Below, one piece after another: positions 40,555 to 53,000 of a stretch of 64,000 nucleotides of DNA (position 1 is the first letter of the stretch; each line of letters starts with the position of its first letter). The notes below the pieces were generated by a model that did not search any database, had not been told where the DNA came from, and saw only the letters and a list, made by a program, of their open reading frames with translations. This DNA is from Anaeramoeba ignava BMAN (Eukaryota > Protista > Anaeramoebae): positions 186,001 to 250,000 of the forward strand of contig JAPDFW010000070.1 in the NCBI GenBank assembly GCA_028826165.1, written 5' to 3'. A program made the translations under genes and the position numbers.

Positions 40555-42723
40555 ATGGAACCAAATTTGGATGAAAATTTAATTCTTGTTAAAATTGTAT
40601 TTGCAGGTGATACAGGAGTTGGAAAAACGTGTTTAATGAATAATTTTATGGGAAATAAATTTGGAGTTAATATTATGATAACAGTTGGAGCAGATGTTCA
40701 ATTTTTTAGAAGGAAAATTGAAGGAAAAGAATTGAAATTTGCAGTTGTAATTTAATTTAATTTAATTTAATTTAATTTAATTTAAATTTAATTTTAAATT
40801 AATTTAATTTAATTTAGTGGGATACAGCAGGTTTTTATTATTATTTTATTATTATTTATCTTTTATTTTGGATATAAAATTCGGAAAATCAAAATCAAAA
40901 TCAAAATCAAAATCAAAATCAAAATCAAAATCAAAATCAAAATCAAAATCAAAATCAAAATCAAAATAAAAATAAAATTCAAAATCAAAATCAAAATCAA
41001 AATCAAAATCAAAATCAAAATCAAAATTAAAATCAAAATCAAAATTAAAATTAAAATCAAAATCAAAATCAAAATCAAAATCAAAATTAAAATTCAAAAT
41101 CAAAATCAAAATCAAAATCAAAATTAAATTTAAAATTAAAATCAAAATCAAATCAAAATCAAAATCAAAAAAAAATCAAATTAAAATCAAATTTAAAATT
41201 AAAAATTAAAAATAAAAATAAAAATCAAATTTAAAAATCAAAAAAAAAATCAAAATTAAAAATCAAAATCAAAATAAAATTAAAAATCAAAATCAAAATC
41301 AAATTCAAAATAAAAATCAAAAAATTGAAAAAATCAAAATCAAAATCAAAATCAAAATCAAAATCAAAATTGGAAAAACGTCAAAATGAAAATTTTAAAA
41401 ATAAAATCAAAGTTAAAATTATGATAAAAATTGGAAAATCAATTTCAAAATCAAAATCAAAAAAAAAATCAAAATTAAAATTAAAATTTAAATCAAATTC
41501 AAATTCAAAATAAAAATTTAAAAAATCAAAATCAAAATCAAAATAAAAAAATTATTATTTTTTATTATTTATAAAATTAAATTCAAAAATAAAATTAAAA
41601 ATCAAAATCAAAATCAAATTCAAATCAAAATCAAAATCAAAATCAAAATCAAAATCAAAATCAAATTAAAAAATCAAAATCAAAATCAAAATCAAAATTA
41701 AAATCAAAAATCAAAATCAAAATTAAAATTAAAATCAAAATCAAATCAAAATCAAAATCAAAATCAAAATCAAAATCAAAATTCAAATTCAAAATCAAAA
41801 TTAAAATTCAAAATCAAAATCAAAATTAAAATCAAAATCAAAATCAAAATCAAAATCAAAATCAAAATCAAAATCAAAATCAAAATCAAAATTAAAATTT
41901 AAATCAAATTCAAATTCAAAATTAAAATCAAAATCAAAATCAAAATTAAAATCAAAATTAAAATCAAATCAAAATCAAAATCAAAATCAAAATTAAAATT
42001 AAAATCAAAATTAAAATTAAAATTAAAATCAAATTCAAATTCAAAATCAAAATTTAAAATAAAAATCAAAATGAAAACCAAAATCAAATTCAAAATCAAA
42101 ACCAAAACCAAAATCAAAATCAAAATCAAAATCAAAATTAAAATCAAAATCAAAATCAAAATCAAAATCAAAATCAAAATCAAAATCAAAATCCAAAAAA
42201 AAATAAATTTGAAAATCCAAAAAAAAATCAAAATCAAAATCAAAATTGAAAGGTCAAGAAAGATTTGAATCATTTACAAGTAATTATTTTAGAGAAGCAC
42301 ATGGTGTTATTTTAGTTTATGATATTACAAGTAAATACTCATTAGAAAGAGCTCAAAAATTTTACGAATCAATTTTAAAATCATCAGAATATAATTGTGC
42401 AATTATTTTAGTTGGAAATAAAGCTGATATGGAAAATAAAAGAGCTGTAGAAGTTGAAGAAGGAGAAAATTTAGCAAAATCTTGGGATTCTCAATTTTTT
42501 GAAACTAGTGCAAAAACAGGAATAAATGTAAAAGAAGTATTTGAAAAAATATTTGAAGAATCTTTTGAAGTGTAATTAAAATTGATATTTTTAAATTGAT
42601 TTCATTTTTTTAATTTTATTTCATTTTTTTAGTAAAAAAAAAATTATCGAAAACGAAAAGAAATTGAAAATCGAACAAATTAATTTAAATTTACAAAATA
42701 AAAAAAAGTCAAGTTGTTGTTGA
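40555..42723 (+). CDS. Divergent Rab GTPase, copy D (microexon 40818-40830; intron 2 expanded to ~1.4 kb by hexamer repeats)
   Basis: GDTGVGKT, WDTAGQE, NKAD, ETSAK, SSCC terminus. Confidence 0.88.
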
Positions 42724-42861
42724 ATTTATTCAAAAGAAAAGAAAAGAAAATAAAAGAAAATTTTTTTTTCCGATTTCAAAATTTTTATTAAAAAATTTTT
42801 TTCCGATTTTAAAATTTTATTTTTTTTCATTTTAAATTTTATATAAATTTTTAAAAAAAAA

Positions 42862-43690
42862 ATGAAGAAAGTTAAAATTGTATTTGCAGGTGATACAGGA
42901 GTTGGAAAAACTTGTTTAATGAATTTAATTGTTGGAGAAAAGTTTAGCAGATCTCAAATTCAAACAATGGGAGTTGAAGTTAGATTTTTAACAAAAAATA
43001 TTGAAGAAAAAGAAGTGAATTTTGAAATGGTAATTAATTTTAATTTAATTAAATTAATTTTATTTTTAATTTTAATTTTGGATTATTTTTAATTTAGTGG
43101 GATACAGCAGGTTTTTATTGTTATTTTATTATATTTTATCTTTTATTTTGGATATAAAAATAAGGAAAAAAAATTTAAATTAAAATTTAATTTGAAAATC
43201 CAAAAAAAAAAGGTCAAGAAAGATATGATTCTTTAACAAAACAATATTTTAGAGATGCACATGGTATTATATTAGTTTATGATATTACAAGAGAAGATTC
43301 AGTTGAAAGAGCAAAAAAATTATATTTAAAAATTAAAGATGAGATAGTTAATGATTTTGCAATTGTTTTAGTTGGAAATAAAATTGATCTTGAAAACAAA
43401 AGAATTATTCAATTTTCTCAAGGTGAAAATTTAGCAAAATCTTGGAATTGTTCATTTTTTGAAACAAGTGCAAAAATAGGAACAAATGTAAAAGAAGCAT
43501 TTGAGAAAATATTTGAACAAGGTTTTCTTAAGTATGTTTTCCAAAATTTTTAAAAAAAAATCATTTCAATTTTTTTCCAATTTTTGATTTTTGATATTTT
43601 TTTTTATTTTATAAAAAAAGATGGAATTCAAAAAAGGAATATCACGAAATTATCTTAACGGAAAAATTTGAGAAGAGTTCTTGTTGTTGA
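42862..43690 (+). CDS. Divergent Rab GTPase, copy E (microexon 43098-43110)
   Basis: GDTGVGKT, WDTAGQE, NKID, ETSAK, SSCC terminus. Confidence 0.9.
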
Positions 43691-43785
43691 AAATTTTTTT
43701 CGAATTGAAAATACAAACCAAAATTTTAAATAGTTTATTTTTCCCATTTCATTTTTTATTTTTTTCATTTTTTTTCTTTTTAAAA

Positions 43786-45479
43786 ATGAATGATTGTTTA
43801 TTTTTTGGTCAAAATCAATTTCCAAATCTTTTCAAAAATAAACCAAATACAAATAAAATAATAAAACCAATTCAATTTAAATTTGAAAATGAAAATGAAA
43901 ATGAAAATGAAAATGAAAATGAAAATGAAAATGAAAATGAAAATGAAAAACAAATTAAACAAATTTCATCAGGAAATTTTTCAACAATTTTCCTTTTTGA
44001 AAATGGAAAAGTAATAGAATACTTAAATCAAAATGATTCAAAACAAAATCCTTCAAAAATCCAAATTGAAGAAAATATTCAAAAAGTAACTGTTGGTTAT
44101 GAAAATGAAGCTATTTTAACAATAGAAGGAAATGTATTTGCCAAAGGAAGAAATATTATTCCAAATAATCCAAAAGAATTTATCAATATTTCATCATTAA
44201 TTGAAGATAAAAATGATAGAATAATTCAAGATATTGTTTCTGGAGCTAATTCAATTTATTTACTAACTTCAAATCAAAATGTTTATGGAATTGGTTCAAA
44301 TGAATATACTCAACTTGGTGTTGATGCTGAAACACTTTATAAAACAGAAGAACCAATTTTAATGATGAAAAATGTTTCTAAAATATTTTCAGGAAGTAAT
44401 TCATTTCATGTTTTTCTTTTAAATTCAAATCAAGAATTATTTGGATGCGGTTATAATGGATTTGGTCAAGTTGGATTAGGAAAATTAACCAAAATCCAAA
44501 ATATTCCAAAAGGCAAAATAATTGATATTCAATGTGGAAGTACATCCAAAAAGAAAACTTTATTCATGTGGATATGAGAAATTCAATGGACTTAAAAAAA
44601 ATACTTATGAATTTACTGAAATCAAATCATCTTTATTTGAAAATGATGATAATATTCTTGATTTTTCTGTTGGATTTAACCATACTTTGATTTTAACTTC
44701 TAATTCAAAATTAATAGGATTTGGATATAATAATTCCAATTCAAATTGAACTTCCTAAATTAAGATTTAATGAAAATATTTCTAATTATCATATTTCTTG
44801 TGGATATTTCAATTCATTTCTTTATTATTCTCCTCTTTCTTTTTCCAATCTTGAAGAAGATTTGATAAAATTATTTAGAAGAAAAGAATTTTGTGATATT
44901 TCATTTAAAACAGAAAATGGAGAAATAATTGAAGCTCATAAATTAATATTGAAATATAGATTAAAAGATGAAAATCAAATTGAAAAACTTCAAGAAATTA
45001 TTTCAAAAAAATCAATTAAAGAATCAAATCAAATATTTGAAATGATTTATTCAAACAGAATAATAAATCCAAAATTATATTCTGAAATTAAAGAAATTAT
45101 AAATTCAAATGAAAAAATTGAAGAAACAATGAAAAGAATTTATTTAAATGAAAATGAAAATGAAAAAGATTTTATTATTGAAAGAAAAGAAAAACAATAT
45201 AAATTTCCTAAATTAATATTAATAATGAGAAGTGAATTATATCGAGGAATGTTTTTATCTGTAACAGAAGATACTTCTAATAAAGTTACAGATTATAGTG
45301 AATTAAGTGATAAATCATTTCAAATATTTGAATATTGGATTTATTCAAATCAAATTAAAGATGAAATTCAAATTACACAAGAAATTATTGAAGAATTAGA
45401 AATAGGAATTGATTATTTTCAATTAAATCAAACATATCCAAATTTATTGGATTTATTAATTAACAAATTTAATAATTAA
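43786..45479 (+). pseudogene. RCC1-repeat/BTB protein, copy 1, with three internal deletions (~44482, ~44544, ~44731; two frameshifting)
   Basis: Comparison with copies 2 and 3 shows missing segments; TAA at 45477 replaces CAA and cuts off the CLIF tail. Confidence 0.75.
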
Positions 45480-45817
45480 AATCAAGAAGAAATCAAAAAA
45501 GAAAACAAAAAAGAAAACAAAAAAGAAAACAAAAAAGAAAACAAAAAAGAAAAAAATTGTTTAATTTTTTAAACAGAAATAAAAGAAATCGAAAAAGAAA
45601 TCAAAGAAAAAATCCAAATTACACAAGAAATTATTAAAGAAATTCAAATTGGAATTGATTATTTTCAATTAAATCAAACAAATCCAAATTTATTTGATTT
45701 ATTAATTAACAAATTTAATAATCAAAATTAAAATTAAAACAAAAATTCCAACTTTAAAAATTAAAAATTAAAATTAAAATTAAAAATTCATTTTTTTCAT
45801 TTTTTTTCTTTTCAAAA

Positions 45818-47646
45818 ATGAATGATTGTTTATTTTTTGGAAACCAATTCAATTTAAATTTGAAAATGAAAATGAAAATGAAAATGAAAATGAAAATGAA
45901 AATGAAAATGAAAAACAAATTAAACAAATTGCATCATCAAATTATTCAACAATTTTCCTTTTTGAAAATGGAAAAGTAATAGAATACTTAAATGAAAATG
46001 ATTCAAAACAAAATCCTGAAAAAATCCAAATTGAAAATATTCAAAAAGTAACTGTTGGTTCTGGAAATGAAACTATTTTAACAAAAGAAGGAAATGTATT
46101 TGCCAAAGGAAAAGATATTAATTCACGAAATCCAAAAGAATTTATCAATATTTCATCATTAATTGAAGATAAAAATGATAGAATAATTCAAGATATTGTT
46201 TGCTGTTCTAATGCAGTTTACTTATTAACTTCAAATCAAAATGTTTATGGAATTGGTTCAAATGAATATGGCCAACTTGGTTTTGATTCTAAAACACTTC
46301 AAAAAACAGAAGAACCAATTTTAATGATGAAAAATGTTTCTAAAATATTTTCAGGAAATTTGTCATTTCATGTTTTTCTTTTAAATTCAAATCAAGAATT
46401 ATTTGGATGTGGATTTAATCCATTTGGTCAACTTGGATTAGGAAAATCAAGAACAGAAAAACAAATCTCAAAATTAACCAAAATCCAAAATATTCCAAAA
46501 GGTAAAATAATTGATATTCAATGTTTAAGTACTTATTCAGTAATGCTGATTGAAAATCAAAATGAAAATCCAAAAAGAAAACTTTATACATGTGGATATG
46601 AGAAATTCAATGGACTTAAAAAAAATACTTTTGAATTTACTGAAATCAAATCATCTTTATTTGAAAATGATGATAATATCCTTGATTTTTCTTGTGGAAA
46701 TGCTCATACTTTGATTTTAACTTCTAATTCAAAACTAATCGGATTTGGATATAATAGATATGGACAATTAGGAACTGGAGATACAAAAGATCAATCAACT
46801 CCAATTCAAATTGAACTTCCTAAATTAAGATTTAATGAAGATATTTCTAATTATCATATTTCTTGTGGATATTTCAATTCATTTCTTTATTATTCTCCTC
46901 TTTCTTTTTCCAATCTTGAAGAAGATTTGATAAAATTATTTAGAAGAAAAGAATTTTGTGATATTTCATTTAAAACCAAAAATGGAGAAATAATTGAAGC
47001 TCATAAATTAATATTGAAATATAGATTAAATCAAAATCAAAATCAAATTGAAAAACTTCAAGAAATTATTTCAAAAAAATCAATTAAAGAATCAAATCAA
47101 ATATTTGAAATGATTTATTCAAACAGAATAATAAATCCAAAATTATATTCTGAAATTAAAGAAATTATAAATTCAAATGAAAAAATTGAAGAAACAATGA
47201 AAAGAATTTATTTAAATGAAAATGAAAAAGATTTTATAATTGAAAGAAAAGAAAAACAATATAAATTTCCTAAATTAATATTAATAATGAGAAGTGAATT
47301 ATATCGAGGAATGTTTTTATCTGTAACTGAAGATACTTCTAATAAAGTTACAGATTATAGTGAATTAAGTGAAGAATCATTTCAAATATTTGAATATTGG
47401 ATTTATTCAAATCAAATTAAAGAAGGAATTGAAATTACACAACAAATCATTAATGAAATTCAAATTGGAATTGATTATTTTCAATTAAATCAAACAAATC
47501 CAAATTTATTTGATTTATTAATTAACAAATTTAATAATCAAAATCAAGAAGAAAACAAAAAAGAAAACAAAAAAGAAAACAAAAAAGAAAACAAAAAAGA
47601 AAACAAAAAAGGAAACAAAAAAGAAAAAAATTGTTTAATTTTTTAA
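45818..47646 (+). CDS. RCC1-repeat/BTB protein, copy 2, ending in a (KKEN)n-CLIF CaaX tail; frameshifting deletion at ~45840 (possible pseudogene)
   Basis: GxNxYGQLG RCC1 repeats; FCDISF...AHKLILKYR and KLILIMRSELYRGMF...FEYWIYS BTB motifs. Confidence 0.8.
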
Positions 47647-47887
47647 ACAGAAATAAAAGAAATCGAAAAAGAAATCAAAGAAGAAATTCAAATTACACAA
47701 GAAATTATTAAAGAAATTAAAATTGGAATTGATTATTTTCAATTAAATCAAACAAATCCAAATTTATTTGATTTATTAATTAACAAATTTAAAAATCAAA
47801 ATTAAAATTAAAACAAAAATTCCAACTTTAAAAAAAAATTAAAAAAATTTTTAATTTTTCATTTTTTTCATTTTTTTCTTTTTAAAA

Positions 47888-49662
47888 ATGAATGATTGTT
47901 TATTTTTTGGCTTTAATACTTCACCAAAACTTATCCAAAATAAACCAGAAAAAGTAACAAAACCTATTCAATTTAAATTTGAAAATGAAAATGAAAATGA
48001 AAATGAAAATGAAGATGAAAAACAAATTAAACAAATTGCAACAGGAGGTTTTTCAACAATTTTCCTTTTTGAAAATGGAAAAGCAATAGAATACTTAGAT
48101 GATGAATACTTAAATTATCCAAATCAAAATCATGAAAAAATCCAAATTGAAAATATTCAAAAAGTAACTGTTGGTGGTCAAAATGCAGCTATTTTAACAA
48201 AAGAAGGAAATGTATTTGCCAAAGGAGAAGATATTAATTCACGAAATCCAAAAGAATTTATCAATATTTCATCATTAATTGAAGATACAAATGATAGAAT
48301 AATTCAAGACGTTGTTTGCTGTTCTAATGCGGTTTACTTATTAACTTCAAATCAAAATGCTTATGGAATTGGTGATAATGAATATGGCCAACTTGGTGTT
48401 GATTCTCAATTCTTAATACGAGCACAAAACCCAATTTTAATGATGAAAAATGTTTCTAAAATATTTTCAGGAAATTCTTCACTTCATGTTTTTCTTTTAA
48501 ATTCAAATCAAGAATTATTTGGATGTGGGTATAATATATATTCTCAACTTGGATTAGGAGAATCAAGAAGAAGAGAAACAAAAATCCATCAATTAACCAA
48601 AATTCCAAATATTCCAAAAGGCAAAATAATTAATATTAAATGTGGGTTTTATCATTCAATAATGTTGATTGAAAATCAAAATGAAAATCCAAAAAGAAAA
48701 CTTTATTCATGTGGAGATTCCAACTACAACGGACTTAACAGAAATACTTTTGAATTTACTGAAATCAAATCATCTTTATTTGAAAATGATAATATTCTTG
48801 ATTTTTCTGTTGAAAATGCTCATACTTTGATATTAACAACAAAAGGGAAATTATTAGGATTTGGATACAATGAATTTGGTCAACTAGGAATTGGAAATAC
48901 ACAAAATCAATCAACTCCAATTCAAATTGAACTTCCTAAATTAATATTTAATGAAGATATTTCCAATTATCATATTTCTTGTGGTAATTACAATTCATTT
49001 CTTTATTATTCTCCTTTTCTTTCTTCTTTTCCAATCTTGAAGAAGATTTGATAAAATTATTTAGAAGAAAAGAATTTTGCAATATTTCATTTAAAACCAA
49101 AAATGGAGAAATAATTAAAGCTCATAAATTAATATTGAAATATAGATTAAATCAAAATCAAAATCAAATTGAAAAACTTCAAGAAATTATTTCAAAAAAA
49201 TCAATTAAAGAATCAAATCAAATATTTGAAATGATTTATTCAAACAGAATAATAAATCCAAAATTATATTCTGAAATTAAAGAAATTATAAATTCAAATG
49301 AAAAAATTGAAGAAACAATGAAAAGAATTTATTTAAATGAAAATGAAAAAGATTTTATAATTGAAAGAAAAGAAAAACAATATAAATTTCCAAAATTAAT
49401 ATTAATAATGAGAAGCAAATTATATCGAGGAATGTTTTTATCTGTAACTGAAGATACTTCTAATAAAGTTACAGATTATAGTGAATTAAGTGAAGAATCA
49501 TTTCAAATATTTGAATATTGGATTTATTCAAATCAAATTAAAGAAGGAATTGAAATTACACAACAAATCATTAATGAAATTCAAATTGGAATTGATTATT
49601 TTCAATTAAATCAAACAAATCCAAATTTATTGGATTTATTAATTAATAAATTTAATAATTAA
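47888..49662 (+). CDS. RCC1-repeat/BTB protein, copy 3 (frameshift in a T-rich tract at ~49015-49030)
   Basis: RCC1 repeats followed by a BTB region near-identical to copy 2. Confidence 0.82.
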
Positions 49663-50021
49663 AATCAAAATTAAAATTAAAATTAAAATTAAAATTAAAA
49701 TTAAAATTCATTTATAAAATCGGATAAAAAATTAAAATTAAAATTAAAATTAAAATCAAAAAAATTTAATTTCGTTGTTTTGTTTTTTGGTTCTCTTTTA
49801 TTATTGAATTTTCCTTTTATCATCGTTCATTTTAATGAATCAAATTTAAACCAATTGAAATTAATTGGTTTACTTTTCGTTTTTCTTTTTTTTTTGTTAA
49901 AAAAAAAAAAATTTTCGAATCGATTCATTCAAAAAAATGTTGAACGAAATTGATAAGAAAAAGAAAAGGAAAAAGAAAGAAAAAGAAAAAGAAAGAAAAA
50001 GAAAGAAAAAGAAAAAGAAAA

Positions 50022-53000
50022 TCATTTGCGTTTGTAATGCTTTTCGTACATCTTAGAAAGCCCAACTAAAGTTTCGTATTTCTCCTTGACTTCTTCTTCA
50101 AGTTTATTATGCATTGCTTCAGCTTCCTTTGGATGAGTTTGGTACAAAGCAGCAAAACGAACTTCCATTTTAAGAAAATCAAGAAGTAATTTTTTGGGTT
50201 TTTTTGAGTCAAGAATCAAAGGATTTTTGCCTTGCAATTTCAGAGCAGGATTGAAACGCCAGAGATTCCAAAGACCGTGTTCAACAGCGAGTTTTTGCTG
50301 CTGTTGAGTTGTGCACATTCCGGTTTTGATACCGTGACCGATGCAGGGACAGTAAGCAATGATGAGAGAAGGACCAGGATAGGCTTCGGCCTCTTTGATT
50401 GCCTTGAGGAACTGGTTGTAATTCGCGCCCATTGCGACCGTTGCGATGTAAATATGACCGTATTGCATCGCCATCAATCCAAGATCTTTTGCTTTCGTAT
50501 CTTTTCCTGCCATTGCAAATTTTGCTTGTGCTCCTCGTGGAGTTGCTTTACTCATTTGGAATCCTGTGTTTGCATAAAATGCGTTGTCGAAAACAAGTAC
50601 GTTGTAGTCTTCTTCTTGAGCGAGAATGTGGTCAAGTCCCCCAAATCCAATGTCGTATGCCCAACCATCTCCTCCAATGATCCAATGCGACGGTTTTGTT
50701 AGAATATCAAGGTTTTTTGAAATGTGTTCTAAAGAAGGAGAATTGAGAACTTTTTTACTTGATATGACTTTCTTGATTTTATCACCGAATTCTTGACTTT
50801 CTTTTGCAAGATCTTTGTTTAGCAGCCATTCTTCGAAAGTGTACCGTTCGACTGGGTCTGAGATCTCGTATGAATCAAGAGCTTTTTTAACGTGGGTTGC
50901 GAGCTGGTTTCTTCTGTGGATCATTGCCTTGACCATTCCGTAACCGTATTCAGCATTATCTTCAAAAAGGGAGTTTCCCCAAGAAGGACCGTGACCTTTG
51001 TCGTTAACAGTATAAGGAAAAGAAGGATAGTGACCTCCCCATATGATGCTGCAACCAGTTGCGTTGGCGATCATTGCGCGGTCGCCGTAGAGCTGGGTTA
51101 TGAGTTTGAGATAAGGCGTTTGTCCGCAACCTGCACAAGCTCCAGAGAACTCAAGAAGAGGTTGTTTGTATTGAGACGTTGCGACGGTTGCAGATTTCAA
51201 AAGATCCGCTTTGTTCTTGATTTTCTGGCTGAACTCCCAGTTTTTCTTCTCTTTCTCCATAATGCTTTTATCCGCATTTTCGAAATCAAGTGCATTTGCT
51301 GGGCACTGTTTGACGCAAAGCTCGCAGCTGAGACAATCATACGGAGACACCTGAACCCGGAACTGATATCCGAGCTTCTTGTACTCCGCAACATTTGATT
51401 CAATCGTTTGATATCCCTCAGGTTTTCTTGATTTCTCATCGTGATCCAATATAAACGGTCGGATTGCTGCATGCGGACACACAAAACTGCAGATGTTGCA
51501 TTGGGTGCAATTCTCAGGCTTCCAGATCGGCAGCTTCGTCGCAATTCCTCGTTTCTCGTACTTAGATGTTGATGTCATGGATTGTCCGTTGACCGGGAAA
51601 GCTGAAACTGGAAGATTCGCCGCTTCAAGTCGCATTGCCGGGAAGATGTATTTTTTCACGTTTTCCGGCGCGTTGGGATCAATTTCCGTTGGCATTTTGA
51701 AATCCTCTTTGTAAAGCTCAGCCCATTTTGCTTTTGGATAATGGATCTCCTTCACGTTGCTGACTGCAATGTCGACCATTGCTATGTTCTTGTTCACAAC
51801 GGCTTCGCCTTGTTTTTTGTAGTTCTTCACAATCGAGTCTTTGAGATATTTGATTGCTTTATCGAACGGAATGACTTCTGAAAGCTTGAAAAAAACGGTT
51901 TGCATGATCATATTGATTCTGCCTCGCAATCCGAGTTGATCCGCAAGTTTTTCTGCGTCGATCACAAACAATCTAACGTTTTTCTTGGCAATCACACCCT
52001 TCATTATATCGGGCATTTGCTTATCCAGCTCTTCCCAAGTTTCAGCGGGTGTGTTTATCACAAAAGTGGCGTTATCTTTGATCTTATTAATGACCTGCGG
52101 ATATCTCGCAATGAAAGAAGGGTTGTGGAAGGCAAGATAGTCGGCGTGTCTGATATCGTACTGGCTTGTGATCTTCTTTGGCCCGAATCGGAGATGAGAA
52201 AATGTAAGTCCCCCTGATTTCTTCGCATCGAACATGAAATACCCCTGAGCGTTAAGATCTGTGTTTTCGCCGATTATTGCAATTGCTTCTTTATTGGCTC
52301 CAACTGTCCCATCAGATCCAAGACCCCAGAAAAGACACTGTTTGGTTCCTTTTGGCACAAGATCAGGCTCGAAATTATAAGCAAGATGAGTGTTTGTAAC
52401 ATCATCTACAATCCCAACAGAGAAGTTGCGTTTGGGCTCTTTTTTCTTCATGTTCTCAAAAGCAGCAATCGCCATTCCGGGCGTAAGATCCTTTCCTCCG
52501 AGACCGTAGATTCCCGGGACGATTTCTTCGATATTTGGATTAAAACCAGATCGGGGCTCTCGAATAACGGCGTTAACATCCAAATAGAGCGGTTGAGCAA
52601 ACGCGCCGTATTCTCTGACTCGATCAAGAACAGTAATTCGACGCACTGTTTTGGGGAGGGTCTTCAGGAAATGGGTCGCACTGAAAGGCCGGTAAAGTCG
52701 AACTTTGATCAGCCCAACTTTTCCTCCTTTGTCGTTAATATAATCGACTGCCTCTTGCGCAGTGTCTGAGGAGCTCCCCATCATTACAATCACATCCTCG
52801 GCATCGGGCGCGCCGAAATACTCAAAAAGATTATAATATCTCCCTGTCGAGTCGCCAACTCTCTTCATAACTTTCTCAACAATCTCAGGAACCGCTTGGA
52901 AATACTTCAACGGCGCTGTGTGCCACTGGAAATACGCATCATCGCCAACGGGCGTTCCGCGCATTGAGGGATGCTCAGGATTAAACGCAACGGAATGGAA

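Noticed and set aside
49700-50100. PNO-type fusion (PFO plus NADPH-cytochrome P450 reductase)
   Set aside because: The ORF stops at KHYKRK and is followed by non-coding A/T sequence with no flavodoxin or reductase exons.
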